This document shows, piece by piece, positions 36,329 through 48,595 of a stretch of DNA of 64,000 nucleotides. The notes under the pieces were generated by a model that made no database searches, was not told where the DNA came from, and saw only the letters and a program-made list of their open reading frames with translations. How positions within the stretch are numbered: position 1 is the first letter of the stretch; each line of letters opens with the position of its first letter. The stretch is from assembly GCA_973895155.1 (NCBI GenBank), contig OZ316893.1, forward strand, positions 21,870,955-21,934,954, written 5' to 3'. The stretch is from Marsupella aquatica. Its lineage: Eukaryota > Plantae > Marchantiophyta. A program made the translations under genes and the position numbers.

Positions 36329-38149
36329 GTGTCCAAACTATCGGTGGATGGAACTGCTTTGAATTCCAAAGAGCGGGAACAAACAGGAGCATTGGCTATC
36401 TGAACATTCAGTCCTTCCTCATCTTTCTCGCTAAGGTCAGTCCTTGGCTGGAGACATATGGTGAATGTTTCTTTCCCCCAGTTTGCGAAGAGATTACGTT
36501 CACCCACTGTATTTCTTGTTTTTTTACCTCTTTGAAATTTCGAGAAAAAACGACAGAGATTACCTCTTCGAGCTACTTGCAATCGGTGATAATAGCTCCT
36601 TGATCATATCGTTCTTCACGGCCCTTCAATTTATCCTAACTCTTGCTGGCGACGGTTACAAACAAAGATATTATTTCGAAGACTCACCGGATACGATTGT
36701 TTCCACCCACCAAGCCATCACATGATCAAAGCGGTAAGTAACGGGCAACGATTCATCAAGTTTGCCAGAAACCCAATTCATCGCCTGCTGCGGCAGACAG
36801 TTGGTTACAAATGACAGCTGATTGGCAGTTACGGAAATTAACCGGGACTGGTACCAAGAAACACCAACAATCCTTGCTCTGGATTCTGCTTCGTTCCCTC
36901 CTTTCGTCTCCTCCACTCCATTTAGAATGAAAATGATCAGTTGGTCTGTTCATCAAGAATCTAGTCGAGATACGGATTCGAGACTTTCTCTCGAGTTCGC
37001 CTCCTGTACTCACTGCCCACATTTCGTCGGGTGCGACTCATGACTCGTGGAAGACGTTGTACTCAAGGACTTTCAATTGATTGATTCGTTTATTCACTCT
37101 CGACTTCTGCACTGACTTTTTCTTACGGATTCTATACTGATCAAACTGCGGACAAGGCTCTGGAAAAACCACAAGCACGGCGCAACAGTTGCCTACTCGC
37201 CCCGTTCAGAGTAAGATTTCAACATTCTGAGGCCGTGCTAATTTGTGAACAACAGAGAGTATGTATAACTGAACCGGTCTATGTATCACATTTTCGTTTC
37301 AAACAGTCCTACGGTGTTGATTTAAAGACTTATGAATTGAATATAGATCGTATTGAAATGGCTCTTATAAACTTCCCACGAAACTTCGGCGGCCTGTCTT
37401 TACTACTTGCTGGATTACTCTGCCTGAGATTATTCAATTCCTCTCCCCACGGATACGTACGAGATGTAAGTCTGGTTGACTGACTGAGTTTCAACGAAGA
37501 CGTCGAAATCAACCCCAGAAACGGAACAATTTCAAAGACACCAATGCCATGTCACGAACCAAGTGAACAACGCTGGAAATTGAACCCTAGTTTCTTGACA
37601 GAATGTGGCATTTTGTGGGTGATTTCAGCTTAGACGCATGATACTGTAGCGGTTATTTCTTGCTCTCAGGCTAATTTGGATCAATCATGCTCAATTCGGT
37701 TCAAATTGAGTCATCGGTTCCCTAAATTGATCATGATTGCTGGTGATCATGATTCAAAGAATTGCACTTGAACCTTCCGTGTTAGTCTTTTGCTGACAAT
37801 TACTACAAAGATCTGATATCCATGAGAGCTGAGATGTATTGCAGGTGCATTCCTGATTTTGGATTTTAGCGTTCGCGAAGAACAAGAGTGGCGAAGTTTA
37901 GAAACGTTAATTCTTTGAGAAATCTCAAGCACTTAGAACGACAGAGAGATTTTCTTCGAATGTACATCATCGTATCCAGAAAGAGGAAGTATACCAGCCT
38001 GAGTAATTTCAATGTGCAAGGAATTGCTTGAAGGTTTATCTGGCATCTCCCCTCCTTCTAATTCGTATTCAACTCTCTCTGAATGAATTCGGAAGTACTA
38101 AGGAGGTTTGGAAGAGTGCAGCAAGATGCATGATTGAGATCTTTTTGAG

Positions 38150-39982
38150 ATGGACCTTCTCACCCCATCTCCGGTAAACGATGAACAGCAAGAGCTGTCA
38201 GCTCGAGCCCTGAGGGCCTGCTTAGCTGCAGAGGCAGCTTTGGCATCTCTACGAGCCGAGTGCTCACCTTTGCAATCCTCTCTGCCTCCGCTGGGTGAGG
38301 CTGGAAGTAGGAATCTGGAGCTTGCCCACCGCAGCCTGCAGCTGCAGATAGATGCCTGTGAGAGCCTCACACTCTGCGCCACTGCTGCTTTTAAGCAACT
38401 TTGTGAAGCTCACTTCTTATTTTCCAGCAGGAAACGAGCAAGCTCTCAGCTTGTCCACAATTGTTACCCTTCTACAAAATCATGTACTGAGGAATATGAA
38501 TCAAAGAGGAATTGGAAATGCCAAGCTTACAAAGAAAATGCCCACCTAAACTCAGAATTGCATCCCCGCGAGGAAGCTCCAAACATCTCTAGCAATCCAA
38601 TGAGTTCTTTATTTAGTACGGAGTCAGAGGAAGCTGTAGGTGACTGTCGGAGCCCACAAATATCCATTCCAAGATCACTCTCCAAGTTTAGGTCTTCCGC
38701 TCCTTCGGAGTCTCCTCACAAACCTCTGAAGGAATTTGCGGGAAGGTCACAATTTTCAGAACCCCAAAGTCCAACGGAATTCTGTGGTAAACCAGATGCT
38801 TCGTCTTCGCAGGCTTTAGCTGCGGGCGACAATAAACCCCATTTGTTTGCGCCAGTCAAAGAGTCTTCCGTTGGTGCCTCTCCATCATCAGGTTTTGAAA
38901 CAAAGTTCATGACCAGAACGCCTTTTGAGGGGCTACAATCACGTCCATGTTCCTCGTATAAAGAGTATGCTGAAGGCTCAGGGCCAGCATCTTCCAACCT
39001 TTCCCTCAAGAACTTATCAGCCTCCGGCTCCCAGTCCTCAGGGTCACAAGCAGCGTCACGAAGGAACTTGCAATCATCCCACAGTTCCTCCCCAGGTCTG
39101 GCTGGAAACCGAGAATTTCTCACAGGGAAAGGTAGAATGCTACCAATTTTCTCGTCAACCACATCCAGCCCAGTATGTAATGAGAATACCATCTTGACGG
39201 ATCACCATTCGTCCGTTCATAGGCAAGAAGCTGATGGAAATGTAGTCTCCAATTCAGCTGCATATCTGAGCTGCAGAGCTGGGCGTCCGGCAGCTTCCCC
39301 ATGTTGTGGATCCGCTGAAGCTTCTCCCCATTCCACCAGAAGTGCTCAATCTCACAGATTCGTTGATGGTCCTTGCCCTCATCCTAACCGCAATGGATGC
39401 AATCAAAGCAACAACTCGAGCAATGTTTTCAACCAGCGATCTGCACCTCAGCCTCTTGGGACCAATCAGTCCCAAGAGTGTAGTAGTGGTCAGTTTCTCC
39501 ACCTCAGAACGAACTCTCGTGCTTCATCATCAGACTTGAATTCTGGATTTCTGGGTGTTGGCAATTACTTAGATTCAGACAAGTCTCAAGCCAGGGGGGC
39601 CACTGCTTACCAGGAAAACCATCAAAAAGGGATGGATTCTCCCTCGTCACTCTCAACTGGCTTTGTGGCATCAAGAGGAGGACAAACGTTTGAAGAATCT
39701 GGTACAAATCTCAACATGCTCTTCTCTCAAACAGCAGCTCGGTCTGTCAAATTCAGTGCTGCTGGGCGCGAGTATGAGAATTCTGCGTTGCCAAGAGCGG
39801 TAGCAGCAATGAATGAAGAGTGTGGACATTCTTGGGGTGATTCTGCCTTCCCTCAAGTATGGCCCTGCAATCTCCCATCTGATGCACAACCCAACTCCAC
39901 AGGTGCTCCATCCAATTTTGCAAACAGAAGCTTCGCAGGTAAGAATTCTCTCCAACGTCCAAACTTCAAACCTCAACGATAG
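38150..39982 (+). CDS. Hypothetical 610-aa protein: N-terminal ~90 aa helical/coiled-coil region plus long Ser-rich disordered tail
   Basis: 1.83 kb uninterrupted ATG-initiated ORF; no recognised domain. Confidence 0.7.
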   Translation: MDLLTPSPVNDEQQELSARALRACLAAEAALASLRAECSPLQSSLPPLGEAGSRNLELAHRSLQLQIDACESLTLCATAAFKQLCEAHFLFSSRKRASSQLVHNCYPSTKSCTEEYESKRNWKCQAYKENAHLNSELHPREEAPNISSNPMSSLFSTESEEAVGDCRSPQISIPRSLSKFRSSAPSESPHKPLKEFAGRSQFSEPQSPTEFCGKPDASSSQALAAGDNKPHLFAPVKESSVGASPSSGFETKFMTRTPFEGLQSRPCSSYKEYAEGSGPASSNLSLKNLSASGSQSSGSQAASRRNLQSSHSSSPGLAGNREFLTGKGRMLPIFSSTTSSPVCNENTILTDHHSSVHRQEADGNVVSNSAAYLSCRAGRPAASPCCGSAEASPHSTRSAQSHRFVDGPCPHPNRNGCNQSNNSSNVFNQRSAPQPLGTNQSQECSSGQFLHLRTNSRASSSDLNSGFLGVGNYLDSDKSQARGATAYQENHQKGMDSPSSLSTGFVASRGGQTFEESGTNLNMLFSQTAARSVKFSAAGREYENSALPRAVAAMNEECGHSWGDSAFPQVWPCNLPSDAQPNSTGAPSNFANRSFAGKNSLQRPNFKPQR

Positions 39983-40456
39983 TTTGTTTGTTTAATTTCA
40001 AACTACTACAGTACCTCTTTGGACCTCTTTTTCTTTCCTTTCATTGTACTTTCTTTTTCCAGATTTATAAAGTTTGGTGGAAGTTTGTTTGGCCCTTTTA
40101 AAACTACAGTACCTTGGTCTTAAGTAGTTTATATTTTTAATTCATGTCACGTGTTTCGTTCGGATGTTTATGGGTCTCCTGTACACAGTTTTCCCCCTGT
40201 TTAGTTGCTTTCGGCCCTTTTCATTAAATTCGTTTACAGTAGACAAGTTTTGCCCTGCTGAAGGCTTATTGTCACAGTTGGGTAAAGGATTCTGAATATT
40301 CAATAATCTCATGAGTGTTTGCTGCCTTCTAAAAAACATCTCATGGGGTTGAGCTAGCAGAAAACTACAGTAACAATTTACTAGGGTGAAACATTTACAA
40401 GGGACACTATTATTGGTTTTCTTATGCAGACCACCCTGGGTAGTAATATCCCTGTG

Positions 40457-40665
40457 TCCAAAGCATTGTCACCGATAATGTCCCAAGATTGAGTACTTTA
40501 ACCCAAGTCCACAGCATTGTGGCCTATGATGCCCCCCAAAATGAGTATATTAATCCAAGTCCAAAGCACTGTGACCTATAATGCCCCAAGAAACAAGAAT
40601 ACTTTTACCCAAGTCTCAAGCATTGTGACTTAAGATGCCCCCCACAATGAGTGCTTGAGCTCAAG
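40457..40665. repeat. Degenerate tandem repeat, ~4 x 52 bp
   Basis: CCAAGTCCA(A/C)AGCATTGTG(A/G)CCTAT(A/G)ATGCCCC...GAGTA recurs. Confidence 0.8.
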
Positions 40666-40899
40666 TTTTGAGGGATCATTATTTTGCCCAGAGTGCCCTG
40701 GTACTAAGGAGTTAATACACTTCAACCCTACCACATTATGACTTTCACTATGTCTGGGCTTTTTCTCCTTTTGGGTTTAAATCCATGTTTTCAAGTAAAT
40801 TGAGGCTCTACGTTTTTTGTAAAAGGAGACATCGCTAGAAGATTTTTCCCTCTTGCTGTTTCTGGATCGTTTTCTCCTTTGGGGTTTACATCCAAAATT

Positions 40900-41850
40900 C
40901 ATGCAAATTGAAGTCTACCTGTTTATTTACGAAGAAAACAGTAGTGGACGAATCTCTAACTGTGTTGCACTGATGGAGACTCTCATCAATAAAGTACAGG
41001 AAAATAGAAAGAGAAAATCTCGAAGGGATTCTGGTGTCACAAATAAAGCTGTTGTTGACATTACACTGAAAGAAGCCCAGAGTTATTCAAGTTTATTACC
41101 TGTGGTCTGGTGCGACAGCAGCAGATTCATTGCGGCCATTCACAAAGGAAGTTATCCAAGAGAACTTGAAAGCCTTCGAATCAGAGGCGTGCACTCTAAA
41201 TGACCTGAAGAATTGGCAGGTGGTCACTAGGCTGGATGCAGAGTTCCCTGACATGAACTTTTCGGCCCACAAATCTTGTCACAATAAGACGAAAGCACAG
41301 ACAGAGGAACAAGCAGACACTGCTGAGGACAAAGTAAGCAGGAAATGGTTTCAAATACCCTGTGATGCAAGGCAACCAAAAAGACCACTTGATATTGTGG
41401 CAAGCTTTGAGGATATTGATTCTGAGGAAGACACAGACGAAGGCGGGGAAGATGAAGACGAGGACAATTAAGAGAATACTCATACTAGCACCTGGAATAT
41501 ACCAAGAAAACAGAACGCCTATGCTATAGTTGGATGAATCCATGAGCTTCGCAACCGGCATTAAATCAAACTGAGGAGCTTTAGTCGATGGAAGCCCTGG
41601 TGCTGGATCAAGTCCTGAACATGCTGACCCAACTATGACATCGTAGGCTGGCTCAAGCGAAAGTAATGAGTTTGGCAGATGACTCCTTGAAGCATAACTT
41701 TCACAACTTATCTTTGCCCAAGATTTCCATGCAGTTGAAATCATTTCAACGATACAACACCTTAAAAGTAGACCCGAGTCCAAAAAACCCTAGACTCTCA
41801 CAAAGGTGGGGCTACTTATCTCCATCAAATACACCCAGACTCCAAGAGTA
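40900..41850 (+). pseudogene. Frameshifted coding-like fragment, unidentified
   Basis: Overlapping protein-like ORFs (METLINKVQENRKRKSRR..., then RPFTKEVIQENLKAFESE...EDIDSEEDTDEGGEDEDEDN*) joined by an apparent frameshift near 41130. Confidence 0.4.
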
Positions 41851-42792
41851 ATGGCCAATTTGCTACTCTAGACCCATAATGACAGGACCACCTTGCAAAA
41901 CAGAAAAAGGCAGGATATAATAATCCGACCGACCCCTCGACACATTTCAGGAACTGAATATTCAGCAGCGAAGACCTCGATCAACAACCTTTTATTGCCC
42001 GGCTTTTCAGCCTGGTCGAGGCCAAGACTTACGACTACAGATCAAAATAGACTGATGCAGGGCATCTAGTAGGTTGTCACAACCAAGCCACTAAGTCACC
42101 CGCACCTGCTCCTAAACGGCAGATCTATACAGCCTGAATCAATGTAAACTTCAACCAACCAGTGTCATCTGCAAGGCCGACTACAATGATATGCTTAAGT
42201 TATGGGAGATGTAATAGCCATCGAAGCACAAAGGTTGACACTTCTTGCAATTAATTAACGATAGATTCAAAAAGGCACTAGATCTGGCCTGCTTATGGTA
42301 CATGGGCAACTAGGTCCTGAGCTTTCCTTGGCAATCCAACTATGACATGTCGAGAAGCCTTTACAAACTGCACCTTGCTATGAAATAAAGTAAAAAATTA
42401 CCTTTCCATTAGGAAACCGGAGCAGGGAGAGGGTGGGAGGAAGAACCTTTCCCGCTTTGGTAAGCCTCTCCGGGACGTGAAGGCTGGCATGGGCAACGAT
42501 TGCGAAAGGGTCGACTAACCACTGAGGTATTGTGTCTTGTCTGAATTGCATGAAGTCTCACCGACCTACTTTAAACTCCCGGGTCAGCCAGACATATCAC
42601 CACTAGGAGCAAAATCTACACATGCAGCTCCACCAGTAGAAACCGGAGATTGGGTAGAGAGAAAATATTTGCATCTGCGTTTCAAACGGATCTGGCATCG
42701 AGATGGGGTCGGGTCGGGGGTTGGGGGTTGGGGGTTTAAGAGGGCGCTTGTGACAAGTGAAAACTCAGCTCCTACACTGCAAAAGCTGTGTG

Positions 42793-44995
42793 TCATGAAT
42801 AGCTTAGTCGATCCATTCCCCGTTCAATAGCTTCCACCCAGGACAGAAGCTCCTCATCACTTCCACCCATCAGTCGGCTGGTGTTCTTGTGATCAGAACT
42901 CGTGTCAGTGTCCTTCACAATGTCGGCTCTGCAGTAAGGACACTGCCCATGATTCTGAAGCCATGGAGTCAAACATTCAGGGTGGAATCTATGGTTACAA
43001 GGAAGGGCCATGAGGGACTGCCCTTGCAGAAAACCCTCCAAACACACGGGGCAGTCTTCCTGTTCCATTTTACTCCTATTATTTCCTCCCTGTGTCCTCG
43101 ACGAACCTACTACTTGTCTAGGCAACGCGTTAATGGCCGCCTTGCTCAGACCTTCTGATGGTCGAGGTTTGAAAGTAGGATTCCTACTGCTGCTGGCCCT
43201 GGCGGAGCCTGAGGATTCCATTCGGCTCCACCTTTCTTCTACTGACGTAGGAGCCCAGGCCGTCGGAGCCCAGACCGCTAACCACTCGTTGAGGCTCGTC
43301 TCCCCACCATCGTCATCACTCCAAAAGTTATCTTCCTCTTCGTCGGAAAAATGCAAATTCACGTCGTAAGACGACTGCACTGCTTGCCAGCTACGTCGGC
43401 TGCAAATCAAGCATTGCACAGATCCACAATTTCCCGCGTTAGGGTTCTCGAAGAACAGAGTTCCCATCACTCGCAAAACCTAAACGAAACCGGGGGAGGC
43501 CATACTGACCACATAATTAGACCGAAGGAGTAATCTTTAATCGTGCCTCGGCAACAAAAACCCGGTTAGGTTGGGGTACTTTGCCTTCGAAACCAAGATC
43601 AAACCAACCAAGAAAAGATTCTTCATGGAAATCAGCTAAACAAAAGTTGCAGTTTAGGGGTTGATCCTCCCAGACTGAGCTGAAGTTGCACACAACTGGG
43701 TGGACAACAACACCTAAACACCGAGAAGGTGGAGGGTAAAGACGGGATAGCTGATGTACCTGTGACTGGCATGAGCTGCTGCTCGAAGACGTTCATCTAG
43801 TCGGTTACGGGCTTCCAGGGCCGCACCACGTAGAGTGCTAGAGCTGTCAGAACTTTGTCGTCTCCACAGCGATGACAATGGTGCGACACGGGATTCACCT
43901 TCACCTAACCTGTGTCCATGACTTCTCGAACTGCGTTGATGAGAGGAGCTCTGAGTGGAATTGGTCTCCAGAGCGCTGGTCCTATCTGTACCGCTGCTGC
44001 TGCTGCTGCTGGCTGAGTTGCTAATTTGTTGAAAAGGACTGCGAGCGCGATGCTCTTGCAAAATGTCTTGCTGCGGAAACAGAGAAAGGCGCCCTCAGCA
44101 TGCAACAGATAGACCATGTTCATGCAGAGTGCAATGCCTTCGCGCTATTACTGAAGTTTGAATCCCCCAAAGGTGAGGTTCAATAACCTATATAAAGTTA
44201 CAACATTTCTTTACTGCTCGGGTCAGCACAAAAGACCGACATGACAATTCTGTCAACACTCCCGATCTTCCGGAATCGGCTACAAGAGAGAGCCAGAAAC
44301 TAAGGACCTCACGCATGGGCACATCAGGTCCAAGAATCCACCCCAAATCTGGAAAATTTGGTTACTGAAGAAAGGAAAAAGTTTCATTGTTGTTATCGAC
44401 GTCGACACTTCACTGAAATTTGCATTCAAGATTTTGTTGAGGAATCAGTTCTCCGTAAAAGATGAAGATCCATGACATACAGATCGGAACAAGATTCCTT
44501 GAATGCTAACCAGAAGGGGTACTACAATCAAGAGACCGAGCCAAAACTCCCGATCAGCGCCTAGGAGCCCAATTCTCAACACCCCAAAGCGAAAAAATAT
44601 TTGTGTCAACAGGTGTGGAGAAGAACATGTTGACCCACAGAGACTTTCAGTAGCATGCTTCGTTATTTTCCCACATCTGGACCATTAGCAAGTTATTTCA
44701 CGTCAGGAGGTACGTGGGAGAGGAAGAGAGATCATACCATTCTACGCGCTAGAGATCCTGGTCGAGGGGTCCCGGGACGGGAAGGATGCCGATTCGCTTG
44801 GTGGTGGACATGGTGATGGTGATGATGGTGGTGGTAATGGTGGTGGTGTGCCACAGTAGTGACACCCGACGACGAGCGAGACGAGCGATTGCTTTGGCCG
44901 GCCTCGTGGTGATGACCTCCCCCAAATCCTCCACCCTCATACGTGTCCGCTAATCGCACTCTGCGCCTCCTTGCCACTTCCACGCCGGGTAACAT
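42793..44995 (-). CDS. RING-H2 E3 ubiquitin ligase, RHY1A-like, 391 aa, complement(join(42793..43399,43760..44070,44738..44995))
   Basis: N-terminal MLPGVEVARRRRV, central ALEARNRLDERLR, C-terminal CPVCLEGF...LPCNHRFHPECLTPWLQNHGQCPYCR. Both GT-AG introns keep the frame (phases 0 and 2). Confidence 0.92.
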
Positions 44996-46407
44996 CGCAC
45001 CGAATTGAGGGGGCTCGGGAACGACCTGCAAGCAATGTTCGATTGATCTACTTCTCGAGGACCCTGTTGCATTCACAGGAGCATTCTCAACTCAGTTCAG
45101 TAGTGCGCTTTTGACCTACTTCTCGATGTCTCTGTTCCTTCACTGCAGCAATCCCTGTTCAGTTCCGTTCGGTCCATCACAAGTGCACATACTAAGGCTT
45201 AGGCATTCAAAGCTCCCCAACTTACGTTATCATTGTAAAGATGGGATCTATCCATTGGAAAGCTCCAGTCCAATACCATTACATCAGCGATACTACGCAC
45301 TAAATTGAGCCAATCAGTTGATAGGAAATGCAGGCATTGCTTCGCTTTCCTGCAGGGAAAAGTATACCGACAGAACTATCTCCATTCAACTCTTCCGACA
45401 AAAAGCGGACTCTGCAAAGAATCTGAAAAGTGGGACACGGCTCACAAGGAAAACGGCAGCAGATGGGAGACCTCAAAACCAGATCAAAGGTCTGGAGGTG
45501 AATGAGTACCACCACAGTTCTCAAGACCACAGGTAAAGAACATACGGAGCATCGACAGAAAGATTTCTCATCACGGTATCTCAAAGAAAACAAAAGCAGA
45601 CAAGAATAAAGAATTGCAGCATTCCAGCCGTCAATTAAGTCAAATGTAAGTGGTACCGACAAACCCCACGACTTCGACGAGTGAACTTCAGCCCCCACTA
45701 TGCAGAAGCATCAAGTTCAATCATGTCTCGAATCAGATTTCCTGGAGATGGGTCCAATGAAGTCTCGTCCCTACCTGAATCTCCGCACAGACGCTACTAA
45801 ATAGAAAGGACGACGGTAACAGGCTTATTGAGGTCCGACTCTCCTGAGGACTACGTGGGCAGCTATTGATTTCAAATACCGAGTGATTCAAAGCAACCGA
45901 ACGGAGGGCTCGGTGTAGCGAGCTCCGTGAAATTTGATTTCGAAGATGACACAGATAAGAACAGGACTAAGACGCCATTCGAACGAGCTAATTGGAGCAG
46001 AGCACTGCCTCCTGGCTGTAAATGGATGAGCTAAACAGCTGGACTGGAAACAAAGTGAGGAGTTTCATTGGATGAATGCATCCGGTATGTGCATCTCGGC
46101 ACAGAGCAGAAGTGACGACGGCGAAGAGGCGCAGTAAGGAGGCTTTTACAAGAACTAACTGGAAAGAACCAAGAAATCGAATGCCTCCAGGACATCCTGG
46201 CACGTTGATGACCTTACCAGTGGAAATGGACACAAACTGATAGGACCCTTCATTTGACGAATCCTCCGTTCCATACATGTGGACGCCAGATCACAGATGA
46301 ATGGGAAGAACAGGACTAGGAGGGCATCCAATCGGAATCGAATGCGACCAGGACAATAGTGGATGAGGCTTCACGACCTCAGCAACGCGAATGGATACAA
46401 GCTTCGT

Positions 46408-47094
46408 TCAATGGATACTCCTAGGGGCATCTCGGCGCAGATCTCGCTTATTAGTGTACCGGTCATCATTCATACAACACTCAAAGGCAGGAAGAATGAA
46501 CTCACCCTCCGAATCTACAAGTGACAAGAAGAGACTGCTACGACGATGTCCATGGTGGTTGTCTCGCCCTCTACCACCAGCAGCCCACCCCAATGCACTT
46601 TGTTGATCTTCTCCTCCTACCACATCTGCTCTCTCCCCCCTCCCAGTAGTGCCTCCCCTGGATTGAAATGCGAGCCGCAACGAGGTGTGTGCACTATTAC
46701 TCCGAGTCCCGCTTGCAATCCCCCCACTACTATTGGAAGGATTGTGGATATTGGTGTTGATGCTAGCGTTACTTCCACTCGGAGAGGTCCTGTGAGGCCA
46801 AAATTCTTCATCCGACGATGTACTACTGCTCCTCGTGTACACTGCACTAGCAGAACTACTCCTAGAGATCGAAAAGAAATGGTGCTGACGACTCCGATTA
46901 CTGCGATCGTTGCTACTGCTCCCTCCTCCTCCTCCTCCTCCTCCTGCGCCTTCGAGGCTCTCTCTTCTGCTGCCTCTCCTCGGCGACGCCGCCCCTCCTA
47001 AAGCACGAGAGGATGATCGACTACTTCCTTGCGTTCGGCTGTGTACGTGCACCACTGGATGTGCTGATACGAGGTGATCGTCCTCGCCCGCCAT
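46408..47094 (-). CDS. Hypothetical 228-aa Ser/Gly/Arg-rich protein (separate gene or long uORF of the RING gene)
   Basis: ATG in good context (ACCATGG), low-complexity body, and a more complex C-terminal ~40 aa (FLSLVDSEGEFILPAFECCMNDDRYTNKRDLRRDAPRSIH). Confidence 0.5.
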   Translation of the reverse strand: MAGEDDHLVSAHPVVHVHSRTQGSSRSSSRALGGAASPRRGSRRESLEGAGGGGGGGGSSSNDRSNRSRQHHFFSISRSSSASAVYTRSSSTSSDEEFWPHRTSPSGSNASINTNIHNPSNSSGGIASGTRSNSAHTSLRLAFQSRGGTTGRGERADVVGGEDQQSALGWAAGGRGRDNHHGHRRSSLFLSLVDSEGEFILPAFECCMNDDRYTNKRDLRRDAPRSIH

Positions 47095-48354
47095 GGTACC
47101 TATGACGGTGCTATCACGGTAGTTTCCTTACTCCCACCCTCCCCCTCTCCTTTCTCCTCTCTCCAATCACTCCTCCCCAACACTCGTCCGTGCCGTCCTG
47201 CCCGGAGCTCCACCACTCCTGCCCGCCCGCTCTTACCGTGCCCTGGCCTGTCAACTCCAACAACCTCAGTGATGCCGGGTTGTCGTTGTACAGCTTCCTC
47301 CCTCCTACACTCCTACTTCCTCATTCCCCGAAAAAGGAAGAGAAGACGACAATCCTCTGTCTCTCACCCCGCTCGTCGTTATTCAACACCGGCAATTTCC
47401 ACAATCTTGTTCATCGACTTGCCTTCACAGAGGACCTCGAATTATTCTGTCTCACCGTTCACCGACGGCTTAACTATCGAGTAATCGTCCGGCGTAATCA
47501 ACATAAACTTTCTCCCCATCCCTTAGTATCCATCGCTGAGAAAAAAACACGACTCTAATTTGAACCTGCTTCGCAGCATAGCGTCATCCCTTTTCTCTCC
47601 CCTTCCCCCCAGAATTCCAGTCAGTCAGAAAAGGTCCAGCCAGCCAAGCCAAGCCAGCCAGAGCCAGTCAGTCAGCGAGCCAGCCAGAAAGACAAAGCAG
47701 CAGTCAGCAGCAATGAGAGCCGAACTGCCGAAGCAGTCAAGCAGACACTAAGTCAGTCAGCGTTCCCCCGTTCGCAAAAGACGGACGATGAGCAGATGCT
47801 CTGCAGCACTTTCAAACATGAATGCAGCATTGCAGCATCATGCACAGTGAACCTCCAATATACTGCCAGTCTTCGCTATCCACCACTAGTGATCAGCACA
47901 GCACTTCATCAGGACTTGATCAGTCAGAGATCGGGATCAATTTTTCCGCGCATTACGGACATGTAAGTAAAACGGAGACGAACGGAAGAACCTCACTCCG
48001 TCAATGCCATCCCTCTGTTCCTTGCCTACTCCTTCATTCAAGAGGCCGTACTACGTCACCAACATAGACTCATAGAGTTACAGAGCAGGGAGGAAGGCAG
48101 ACACGCGCTTCAGCGAATGTGCCAGCAGCCTGCCGAGGAATCGATTCTTCCGTCCCTACCGAACCAAAAAGTGACGCGCGCATCCGCTTCGCAGAAGCTC
48201 GCGCCTTGTATCATCCGTGTCGTAGAAGCTCGCGTCTCGTATCGTCCGTGCTCGCCGAGCTGCCCGAAACAGAATACCTCAGCCAGAGCGTCCTTCCATC
48301 AGCTGTAGCAAATCAAATGTTCGTCATCTACTCCTGCTACAGTAACGGACTACA

Positions 48355-48595
48355 AGGTCCCACACTCTCGCGAATCTCACGAACGAAGCGGAAATCCGCG
48401 ATCAGCTTCTCCGGATCGACATGCAACCTCCTCCCACAGTCCCACACTCCCTCTCTAGCGAATCTCACGAAAGAAGCGGACAGTGGGAACCAAATTTGGA
48501 GTTTCCGAATCAGCATGCAACCTCCTCCCACAATCCCGCTTCGTCTCTCGATACGAAAGAAGCGGAAATTCGGAATCAGAGCTCCGGATCAACAG
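48355..48595. repeat. Degenerate ~90-100 bp tandem repeat (about 2.5-3 copies)
   Basis: GCGAATCTCACGAA.GAAGCGGA and CATGCAACCTCCTCCCACA.TCCC recur. Confidence 0.7.
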
